Part shown: one piece after another, positions 20,894 through 30,275 of the stretch
How the letters are laid out: each line of letters opens with the position of its first letter
Numbering within the stretch: the stretch's first letter is position 1
From: Histomonas meleagridis 2922-C6/04-290x
Taxonomy: Eukaryota > Protista > Parabasalia
Direction of reading: 5' to 3'
Assembly: GCA_020184695.1 (NCBI GenBank)
Contig: JAANOX010000042.1
Span: 248,001-312,000 of the forward strand
DNA: 64,000 nucleotides
Made by a program: the position numbers and the translations under genes
The notes under the pieces: generated by a model
What the model was told of the DNA's origin: nothing
Databases searched by the model: none
The model's input: the letters and a program-made list of their open reading frames with translations, nothing else

Positions 20894-22326
20894 TTAATTA
20901 GAATTATTATTATTTTCATTAGTATTATTATTATTTTCATTAGAATTATTATTATTTTCATTCGTATTATTATTATTTTCATTAGTATTATTATTATTTT
21001 CATTAGAATTATTATTATTTTCATTAGAATTATTATTATGTTCATTAGAATTATTATTTTCATTTTCATAATCTGTACAAAGTTTCAATTTATATTGCAG
21101 AATGCTATTAAATACTTCTTTAATGCCTTCGCCTGATGCTGTGCTCATTTCAAAATATTCTTCTCCCTTCCTATTCGCCAGGCTCCTTCCTTCTTCTTCT
21201 GTTACTTTCCTTTCATTTGATCCAATTTTGTTGCCACATATACATAAATATCCAGTAAATTTTCCAAGAAAATTTTTTTTTTAAATAATTCAACTGCTTG
21301 AAATGTTTCCTTATCTTCAACTAAATATAAAATAATCGCTGCATCATATTTCGAATAATTTCTTTTCGACAAAAAATGAGCATTCGGCGATGCATCTGAA
21401 GCAGTAATTTTAATATCAATTTTATGTTGTCGAATTTTATTACTTCCAAATGAAATATCATTCGGATCTATTCTCAAAAAGCTTTGAAGAAGTGATATTT
21501 TGTCTGTGGATGCTAATCCAAAAATGATAACATTTAAACTGATGGTTTCCATAATTGGCATCGAAAGAATTTCGTCAATCGTTGGACGACGTTTTGGATT
21601 AACTTGAAGCATTTTTGATATAAGATCTCGAACCCCATCACTGTATTGCTCTGGTATTGGGGCATATTTCCCTTTACTTATTAATTTATGAAGTTTTGAT
21701 AATCCATTTTCACTTTCATCAAATGGCGGCTTAAGTCGACACAACTCATAAATAATGCATCCTAATGACCAAATGTCTGTTTTAATATCATATGATCGAA
21801 AATTAATGAGTTCAGGCGACATATAAGATCGAGTTCCTGTGGTTGTATTACAAATTTGATGAATATTTTCAAGAATTTTAATTTCATCAAAATCACCTAT
21901 TTTTACTTGACCAGAGCTTGTAAGGAAAATGTTTTGTGGTTTCAAGTCACGATGGATATTTTTTTATGATGAAGATATTGAATTGCTGACGCAATTTGAG
22001 TGAAGTAATAAATAACTTTTTCCTCTGGAATTAATTTTTTTGAGCTTCGGGTTTTACATATCATTTGTTTCAAATCACCACCATCTGCATATTCCATAAC
22101 TAGATAAATATATTTATCTGTGAAATAGTTAAAATATCGAATAATATTTGGATGAGAAAATGTCAACATAGATTCAAACGTTTCTGTGATAACTTTTTTC
22201 TCATTTTCTTCGACATTATTAGAACCTTTGATAGAACGATTTTTCTTTTGTGTCATTTTTTTCAACAAGAATAACTTCACCAGATGTACCTTCTCCAAGA
22301 GTTTTCAGCTTTGTATAATTTTTCAT
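20894..22326 (-). pseudogene. NEK-like kinase fused to a Ras/Rab-like GTPase domain, frameshifted
   Basis: Fragments lie in different frames: MKNYTKLKTLGEGTSGEV (from 22326), SHPNIIRY...YLVMEYADGGDL, HRDLKPQNIFL, YMSPE, DIWSLG, then GLASTDKIS, CGNKIG and EMSTASGEGIKEVF. There are at least three frameshifts, and DFG reads DFD. Confidence 0.8.
20897..21068 (-). repeat. 21-nt tandem repeat (~8 units) encoding ENNNN(S/T)N
   Basis: Plus strand shows repeated attattattattttcattag(a/t); it forms the tail of the NEK-GTPase pseudogene. Confidence 0.9.
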
Positions 22327-22417
22327 TAAGATTTATAGGATATACAATTAAAATGCCCAATGTTAACCACATGAGAAGCAAAAACGATCGAATTGTATAC
22401 TTTATCAAAATGTAAAA

Positions 22418-23644
22418 ATGAATATATTATTTGAAGAACTTATGCTGAATGATAAGCAAAATCATGATCTGATACACTCTTGTCAAAATCTTTTTGAAAT
22501 ACTTACTGATATAGAGAAAACGATATTTAATTTAACTCAAGAAAATCTTGACATATCAGTTCTGCAAACAATGAAATTATATGATCCGAATTATTCATAT
22601 TCATTTAATCTTTTTCTTTTCAATTTAATTTTTTCGTCATTTTATTCACAAAATGATCAAAATTATATATATTTTTATTATTTAGAAGACATTGAACTTA
22701 AAGAAAAAGAAATTAGCAACAATAATGCAAAAGTTATAGAATATAATTATATTTATAAATTTAAAACTCAAGAATCATATTATCTAAAAAAAAAAAAAAT
22801 TAAACGAAATTTGGTTGATTTAAATGTTATTGATAATATTCCATATAAATTATTTGCTCAATATAAAACACTAAAAAAAAAAAAAAAAATATATCTTAAA
22901 GATGCAATAGAATCAACTTTTTTGGAAAATTATAAAATATTATCAAATAATGATTTTGAGCTTCATAAGAAATATATTGACGAAGGACATAATCCGAATG
23001 AAATTGCGAAAATAATTCGAAATGATGAAATCGAAAAACTTCAAGAAATATCATCACAAAAAGATTTTGATTATAATCAAATAATTGAACCATCACTTTA
23101 TGAAAGATGTTCATTTATTAATAAAGAATGTGAAAAAGTTTCATTAATTGATCTTGCTGCATTTTTTGACTCAATTCAATGTTTTAGATATTTACTTATA
23201 AATAATGCAAATGTAAATAATACAGGTAAATATGCTGTTGCAGGTGGAAATCTTGAAATCATTCATTTATGTGAGCAAAACCATTCATTATTTGAAAACG
23301 CATATGAAACAGCAATTATGTTTCATAGAAATGAAATATTTAAATATCTTTATGAAAATAACTTTAAAAAAGTTAATAATTTATCTGAATTAGGTACAAA
23401 ATGTATTGTATATCAAAATTATGAAATTTTTATGTTTTTACAAGAAAATGGAATGAAAATCAACGATGAAATCATTAACAAAGCAGCAGAAATTGGAAAT
23501 TTATATCTTGTTGAATATTTAATTCAAAATAATTATATTCCAAGAGAAATTTTGATATATTCTACGAAATCAGGAAATATAGAACTTGTAAATTATGTTC
23601 TTACACTAATGGGTATTGATATTAAAGTTAAAGATATTTATTAA
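22418..23644 (+). CDS. DUF3447/ankyrin protein, copy 2 (continuous ORF only; array continues to 25259)
   Basis: HNPNEIAKIIRND, AAFFDSIQCFRYL, YAVAGGNLEIIHLCEQ and AIMFHRNEIFKY. The ORF stops at the third codon of the first spacer. Confidence 0.9.
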   Translation: MNILFEELMLNDKQNHDLIHSCQNLFEILTDIEKTIFNLTQENLDISVLQTMKLYDPNYSYSFNLFLFNLIFSSFYSQNDQNYIYFYYLEDIELKEKEISNNNAKVIEYNYIYKFKTQESYYLKKKKIKRNLVDLNVIDNIPYKLFAQYKTLKKKKKIYLKDAIESTFLENYKILSNNDFELHKKYIDEGHNPNEIAKIIRNDEIEKLQEISSQKDFDYNQIIEPSLYERCSFINKECEKVSLIDLAAFFDSIQCFRYLLINNANVNNTGKYAVAGGNLEIIHLCEQNHSLFENAYETAIMFHRNEIFKYLYENNFKKVNNLSELGTKCIVYQNYEIFMFLQENGMKINDEIINKAAEIGNLYLVEYLIQNNYIPREILIYSTKSGNIELVNYVLTLMGIDIKVKDIY

Positions 23645-25259
23645 GTTTATTTGATATTTATTTTAATAATTTTTTATTTCAAAATAATATTTGGAAATTG
23701 TTTAAATTATTTAGAACAGCACTTATGATTGCATCTGAAAATGGTAATCTAGAAATAGTTAAATTACTTCTTGAACAAGAAGGAATCGATATTAATGCAA
23801 AAGATATTTATTTGTTTTATTTGATATTTACTTTAATAATTTGAAATTTCAAAATAATATTTGAGAATTATTTGATTTATTTTGGACAGCACTTATGATT
23901 GCATCTGATCATGGAAATATAGAAATAGTTAAATTACTTCTTGAACAAAAAGGAATTGATATTAATACTAAAGATGTTTATTTGTTTTATTTGATATTTA
24001 TTTTATTAATTTGATATTTTTTATCAATATTTGGAAACTACTTATAATATTTAATACATCACTTATGTTTGCATCTGATAAAGGAAATATAGAAACAGTA
24101 AAATTACTTCTTGAACAAGAAGGAATTGATGTCAATGCTAAAAATATTTATTTGTTTTTTTTTGTATTTAAAAATAATATTTGGGAATTATTGAAAATAT
24201 TTAAAACAGCACTTATAATTGCATCTTATTGAGGTTGCACAAAAATAGTTAAATTACTTCTTAAACATAAAAAAATTGATATTAATGCTAAAGATATTTA
24301 TTAAGTTTATTTGATATTTATTTTAATAATTTTTTATTTCAAAATAATATTTGGGAATTATTTAAAACATTTAAAACAGCACTTATGATTGCATCTGAAA
24401 ATGGTAATCTAGAAATAGTTAAATTACTTCTTGAACAAGAAGGAATTGATATTAATGCCAAAGATAAAATTTAATTTAATAATTTTATATTTTAAAATAA
24501 TATTTGGAAATTATATACATTATTTAATACAGCACTTATTTGTACTATTGAAAAAGATAATATATAAATTGTTAAATTACTTCTTGAACAAAAAGGAATT
24601 GATATTAATGCTCAAAATATTATTTACTTTAATAATTTGTTATTTCAAAATAATATTTTGAAATTATTTATTATACTTATGGGAGCACTAATTTATTTAA
24701 TTAAAAATAAAAACACAGAATTAGTTAAATTATTTGATAAAAAGGAAGGAATTGATGTAAACGTCAAAGATATTTGTATGCTATATTTAATTTTTATTAT
24801 ATTAATTTTATGTTTTAATATGATATTTGGAATTAATTCAAATTATTTGAAACAGCGCTTATTTATGCAGCTTCAGATGGCAATGAAGAAATTGTGAGAC
24901 TACTTCTTAAACATAAAGAAATCAATGTCAATGCACAAGGTAATAATATCTTATATTTAAAGATTTTTTATATTATTTTGGGTTTAAAATTGGAATTTAA
25001 AAATTCAGCAATTTATTTGAAACAGCACTGATTAGAGCATCTATATATGGTTACACTGAAATAGTTAAATTATTACTTACACGAAAGGAAATTAATTTAA
25101 ATATTACAAATGTTTTTTAAATTTTATATATTGACATTTGAAAATAACATTTGATATTTATTTATAATATGCCGAAAAGCAATTAATGATGCAAATGTAA
25201 ATTGTGATAGTGAAATCGTAAAATTACTGAAGGAAGGCAACGAAAATCTCAATGAATAA
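23636..25259 (+). repeat. Ankyrin-module/spacer array 2: ten spacers (80,80,80,60,80,63,63,80,80,64 nt), nine 90-nt modules and a terminal piece
   Basis: Modules start at 23716, 23886, 24056, 24206, 24376, 24529, 24682, 24852 and 25022 (e.g. TALMIASENGNLEIVKLLLEQEGIDINAKD). The terminal piece runs 25176-25259 and ends in TAA. Confidence 0.95.
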
Positions 25260-25452
25260 ACTATTGATCTTGAAGATATATTACCAATAAAAATATATTT
25301 TATAATATGGTTTTATAATGAGATGGTAGTACTTTAGCTACATCATAATTTCCATTGAATGATTTAAATCTCAAGTCGAAAATAAACAAATTTCATTTCG
25401 TTACATATGATAAAATTACAAATTATTTATTTACTTAACAAACAAAACGCAT

Positions 25453-26274
25453 CTAAGCTATTGTTAGTGCAGGCAGCACAAGTCTATTTACATAAGTTGT
25501 ATGTCTTTGCACCATTATTAATTTCTTCAAAAATGTTCCCTCGCCCTCAAACACAGATAATGCTCTTTGGTAATTGTACATATTCTTTGAAGCCGGTGAC
25601 AAAATCAGTGAAATGCTGTTCGACTTCTTCAGTAATCGCAATGTCGAAAATATGCTAAAGAACCCGATGAATTGAAGAACTTGTGGAGGGGTTTGAAGAA
25701 CTAGAAGTGATACATTGTCGAATTTGAAGTCGTTGAGATGTGTCTGGTGAATTTTGTTGTTATGCATTTGGACCATCTTTGAAATTTGTGAAAGTGGATA
25801 TTTAGTTACATTCAATCTTGGTGACATGGATTTGATTATCATTGAGTTCCGATTGTTATTCATGCCAATAAAGTCATAAGTGATCATAAGTTTTGGATTT
25901 ATCTCATTTTGATAATGCTCTATAGCAGATTTAATTTCCAAGGACAAAAATTCGCTGCCATTGAAGCTTTCGGGGTTATATGAATTTATGATACAATTTG
26001 AAGGATTTATTTTTGCCATGGAACATGCTACTGAAAAATCATTTTGTGCTTGTGTAAAGTTTTCATCCCCTGCTGACAAAGAAACAATATATGGTTCAGT
26101 TGACTTGGAGAGAGTTGGTCCAAAATATTTAAACAAATCCTTTGGATTTGAAATAATAAACATAATTTTACCAGGAATTTGACTTTGCACATCAACAGCA
26201 ATGAAAAAGAGAATAATGAATTGTGTGATTACCAGTATAAGATTTAAGATAATCAGTTTTTGTACCCAATTCAT
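25453..26274 (-). CDS. PIG-L (GlcNAc-PI de-N-acetylase)-like protein lacking catalytic motifs
   Basis: N-terminal TM, then IMFIISNPKDLFKYFGPTL (cf. PIG-L LLVIAHPDDEAMFFAPTI), VSLSAG and LMITYDFIGMNNNRN (cf. VTFDxxGVSGHxNH). Confidence 0.6.
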   Translation of the reverse strand: MNWVQKLIILNLILVITQFIILFFIAVDVQSQIPGKIMFIISNPKDLFKYFGPTLSKSTEPYIVSLSAGDENFTQAQNDFSVACSMAKINPSNCIINSYNPESFNGSEFLSLEIKSAIEHYQNEINPKLMITYDFIGMNNNRNSMIIKSMSPRLNVTKYPLSQISKMVQMHNNKIHQTHLNDFKFDNVSLLVLQTPPQVLQFIGFFSIFSTLRLLKKSNSISLILSPASKNMYNYQRALSVFEGEGTFLKKLIMVQRHTTYVNRLVLPALTIA

Positions 26275-26631
26275 TAAGAGATATTTTCACAGTATCAGTG
26301 AAAAATATTCTGTCAATTTTATGTGTAGTAACTTACGGAAAAAATGGATTTCCATCCGAATTTGTTCTTTGTCCGAATCAAACTTTTCTTAAGATCCGAA
26401 GAGTATCGTTTGAATCTACTGTTTGATTGAAATTTTATTCGTGATAATTTATAATATAATATTAGAAATATGATTATTTTAATATGTAAACAAATAACAA
26501 ATTCATTATACAATTCAAAAAAAATTGAAATTACTCTAATATTAGTCACTAATTATGATTTTTTAGCATGAATATAATGAAAAAAGATTGAAGTGTCACT
26601 TTTAATTCAAATTTCAAAACCGACTTTCCAA

Positions 26632-27534
26632 ATGTTCCAAAATGTTTATTCTATAAATCCAGGTGATTGTATTTATACATGTTCTTCTTTCTCTCCAGAT
26701 GGATCTAGAATTGTTATTGGGTCAAATCATGGACATATTTATTTATATGAGACAAACACATTTTCTCTCATTTTTTCGAAGAAGATTCATGAAAGAGCAA
26801 TTAATGACATCAAATGGGCTTTGAATGGAAGTAATATTTTGACTGCCTCAGAAGATGCTACGCTTATTTTATTTAGTTCAAATGATTTTACTCAACTCCG
26901 AGTATATTCAGATTTTGAGCATCCATTTACAAAATGCGATGTCTCGCCCTCAGGTAACATTGTTGCTGCCATAACAATCGAGCAACTTCTAGTTTTATGG
27001 AATGAGTATCCACATCAATACCATAATTTTGAGTTAATTCATTCAGATCTTGTGACTTCATTACAGTTTACTCGAGATGGTAAATCCCTTCTTACTTCAT
27101 CTATGGATGGATTATGTCGAATTTGGGATTCTGATACATTTTATCTTTTGAAAACAATTTCATTCCCTATTCCAATATCATCATCCATCTTCAGTCCTAA
27201 TGAGAGTTTCATTATCATTGCCACAATGGATTCCAAAATTCATTTTTATGATTTTGTTGAAAATAAAACAATTGGATTTTTAATTGGACACAAAAATAAG
27301 GAAAAGCTGTGCTCACTACACAATGTTATAACGGGAAATGGACAACAACAAGTTGTTATCCAAGGAGATAATGGAAATATTATTTGTTGGGATTTAAGAA
27401 CACAAAACATCCTATGGAAACTTGATCAAATAAAGCCACCACTAATTCCATTTAACATAACATTAGATGGAAAGTTAATAATGACATCTTCGAAGGATGG
27501 AACAGTAATGTTTTGGAGAAGAAATGGACAATAA
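26632..27534 (+). CDS. WD40-repeat protein (WDR5-like propeller)
   Basis: Repeats such as HERAINDIKW, ILTASEDATL, HSDLVTSLQF...LLTSSMDGLCRIWD. The first ATG (26632) follows an Inr-like TCACTTTT. Confidence 0.88.
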   Translation: MFQNVYSINPGDCIYTCSSFSPDGSRIVIGSNHGHIYLYETNTFSLIFSKKIHERAINDIKWALNGSNILTASEDATLILFSSNDFTQLRVYSDFEHPFTKCDVSPSGNIVAAITIEQLLVLWNEYPHQYHNFELIHSDLVTSLQFTRDGKSLLTSSMDGLCRIWDSDTFYLLKTISFPIPISSSIFSPNESFIIIATMDSKIHFYDFVENKTIGFLIGHKNKEKLCSLHNVITGNGQQQVVIQGDNGNIICWDLRTQNILWKLDQIKPPLIPFNITLDGKLIMTSSKDGTVMFWRRNGQ

Positions 27535-27828
27535 ATGTGTGTATAAAAAAACATAGAAAATACATTTTATGGTTTGTTGAGATTTAATGAATTCAATATC
27601 TGTGAATTCGAATTTTGAAACATTGGATGAAATGAACGTTTAGAATGTTTTACAACAACTGTCAAAATTTCACCAAAATCACTTTTTGAATGTAATATGA
27701 AAGACAACACGCACAATTCGCTCATTTAACTGTTGGTTCCGATTCAATTTTTGACTTCTACGGGTAAGATTTTCGGTGATTGAGAAGTTTATTTTATTGT
27801 TCATTCAAATCTCCATTTCATATTCCAA

Positions 27829-29667
27829 ATGAATACCAATCAATTCGTGATTTCCTTTGTATTTGTGATCTTCAGTATACTAAATATCAACTCTCTCACG
27901 AAAGACATTTCAAACACTGAAATTAAGTTTTCAATATGGAACTCGAATTCATTTCACAATAATTTTTTGTTAGAGAATAATGACTTGCTACAACAGCTAT
28001 CATTTGTTCCTAATGAGAGAGGCTTCATTTCAGGGTTTGATAATATATACAATGTGGAACATGTTAATACAAAATTTCAGAAGAGTTTTACATGCAACGA
28101 AAAAACGAAATTTTTGAAATACCTTAATTATATCGATATCAACTTTAATGTATATAAAGAGGAAGTGCTTTTTGTAATAATAATTTTATTTACTATTATC
28201 GTTTTATTCAAAATCAAAATAATTCCAGTTAAAACTCAAGCCAAAAACAAAAAGAATGCAATCTACATGATTAAATTCATGTTTATAATGCTTTTTGCAC
28301 ATACTTTTGAAGAATTCGATTCAAGAACAGGAACACTCACCATATATTCCCAAAGTGATTTTGATCAAATGCATAAATCTGAAACAAAAAATGTTGTGAT
28401 CAAAGATGGAATTACCGAAATTCCACAAAAAGCTTTTGATAATTGGACTTTATTGGAAAATGTTGATATTGGAAACACAGTTACTGTAATCAGAGAATAT
28501 GCTTTTCAATTATGTCCATTTGCATCCATTAACATACCAAATTCAGTTAATATAATCGAAAGATATGTATTTCTAAGTTGTAAATCGTTATTAAGCATTG
28601 TGATTCCAGAATCAGTTTATTCATTAGGTGAAGGTGTTTTTCAAATATGTGACGCTTTAAGTAGCGTAGTTATTCCAAACAATATTTCTCAAATTAATTT
28701 TTTAATGTTTTATTATTGTACAGTTTTGACAGATGTTATTATTGGAAGATCGGTTACAAGTATTGGCCAATTCGCATTTTTCATGTGCAAAAGCTTGAAA
28801 TGCTTTTATTTCTATGGGGATTCATCACCAACAATCGATTCGGCTGCTTTCCAGTCTGCTGTAACTTCTTTAGTTGTAATGACCACATCGACATATAAAG
28901 ATAGCTCATTTGGAACATTCGATATCAATAAAGAAACAGTAATTTCTGGATGCGACCCATGGCCAACTAATACATTCACAAGCAGTTTTTCATTTACTCA
29001 ATCAAGTTCATTTACGAAGTCGAACACTTTAACACAAACAAATTCATTTACTCAATATAATACAAATATGAATTCTAATACATTTATAAAGTCAAATACG
29101 CCCACGAAGTCAAATGTATACATTAAGTCAGAGATTTTTTCAGATAAATATTTGGAGTCAAACAGTGCAATGGAAATAAGTTCATTTGATGAAACAATTA
29201 CATTTTCTTTTTACACATATTCATGTTCTATCACAGAAACAATTATATCAATCAGTTCAACCACAAATACAATTACACTCTCAGAAGTTGATTCATCGTT
29301 TACGTATATCTCTACAGTATATATTTATTATCAATATAAAGTAATTGCTTATTCTTCATATTATCCATTTTATTCTTATTTCAAAATAAATGGAAATGAG
29401 AATTTAGGAAATAATAAAAATAATTCGACAATTATCGCAGTTGGTGTATGTGTTCCAATTGCTGTAATTTTGATAATTATATTAATGGTAATTTTGCTGA
29501 TTCGTAAAAAGAAGAAAGAAAGTACAGTGGAATACGAGGAAGGAGAAATACAACATTATGATACAAATTCACTAAACAATTTTTCAACAGGATTGTCAAT
29601 AGCAAACGCGGAAGAAGATCCATTTGCTGCCGATTTCAAAGAAAATGAACATTTTGTTAGTATATGA
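27829..29667 (+). CDS. BspA-like (TpLRR) surface protein with Ser/Thr stalk and TM anchor
   Basis: TpLRR units (IPNSVNIIERYVFLSCKSL, IGRSVTSIGQFAFFMCKSL), an FTxSxxFT stalk, TM IIAVGVCVPIAVILIIILMVILLI and tail EEDPFAADF. An alternative start lies at 28267. Confidence 0.88.
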   Translation: MNTNQFVISFVFVIFSILNINSLTKDISNTEIKFSIWNSNSFHNNFLLENNDLLQQLSFVPNERGFISGFDNIYNVEHVNTKFQKSFTCNEKTKFLKYLNYIDINFNVYKEEVLFVIIILFTIIVLFKIKIIPVKTQAKNKKNAIYMIKFMFIMLFAHTFEEFDSRTGTLTIYSQSDFDQMHKSETKNVVIKDGITEIPQKAFDNWTLLENVDIGNTVTVIREYAFQLCPFASINIPNSVNIIERYVFLSCKSLLSIVIPESVYSLGEGVFQICDALSSVVIPNNISQINFLMFYYCTVLTDVIIGRSVTSIGQFAFFMCKSLKCFYFYGDSSPTIDSAAFQSAVTSLVVMTTSTYKDSSFGTFDINKETVISGCDPWPTNTFTSSFSFTQSSSFTKSNTLTQTNSFTQYNTNMNSNTFIKSNTPTKSNVYIKSEIFSDKYLESNSAMEISSFDETITFSFYTYSCSITETIISISSTTNTITLSEVDSSFTYISTVYIYYQYKVIAYSSYYPFYSYFKINGNENLGNNKNNSTIIAVGVCVPIAVILIIILMVILLIRKKKKESTVEYEEGEIQHYDTNSLNNFSTGLSIANAEEDPFAADFKENEHFVSI

Positions 29668-30275
29668 ATAAATATGTAAATTAATTAATTTTGATATGGT
29701 ATTTGTGAAGTCTTAAAATATTCACGCAAAGAAATATTTATTATTTGTGTGTAACAATTTTATATAATTTTTTCAAGAGAAATAATTGATTTTGATCCAT
29801 GCAAACTCAAATGATATTCATCATTATAAGAAAAATATATTCTAAATACACAGTAAAAAACTGTCTTTGATATATCCAATGACCCTTGCACTAGAAGGTA
29901 TTTGTTGCCTAATATGCAGAAGATCTTAACTTTTACAATTGCTTCAAATTGAAATTTGTTAAAAACAACAGCATTTAAATGATAGATTCTTCAAAAAGAC
30001 ATTTTGAGTGAAACGCAATTGATATGTATATAAATGCTTTTTTTATACATTGAAAAAAAGATTTAATGAATGACAATCTTATCAAGGAAGACAGTTTTTC
30101 ACTGCATCTACGTAGCAAAAACATTAAAAATTCATCCAATATAAATATTTTGGAGTGCCCCAATAAAAGTTTTCGAATTAAATGGTTTATTCTCTCAAAA
30201 GTTCCACTTTTTGAGCATGTTTTGATGCTTTCATATCAAATTGATTGATTTTCAACTACCAAAGAATTTATTTGT

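Noticed and set aside
23636-25259. CRISPR-like array
   Set aside because: Units are 90+80 nt, both parts are homologous between units and diverged, the conserved part encodes ankyrin repeats, and there are no cas genes in a eukaryotic context.
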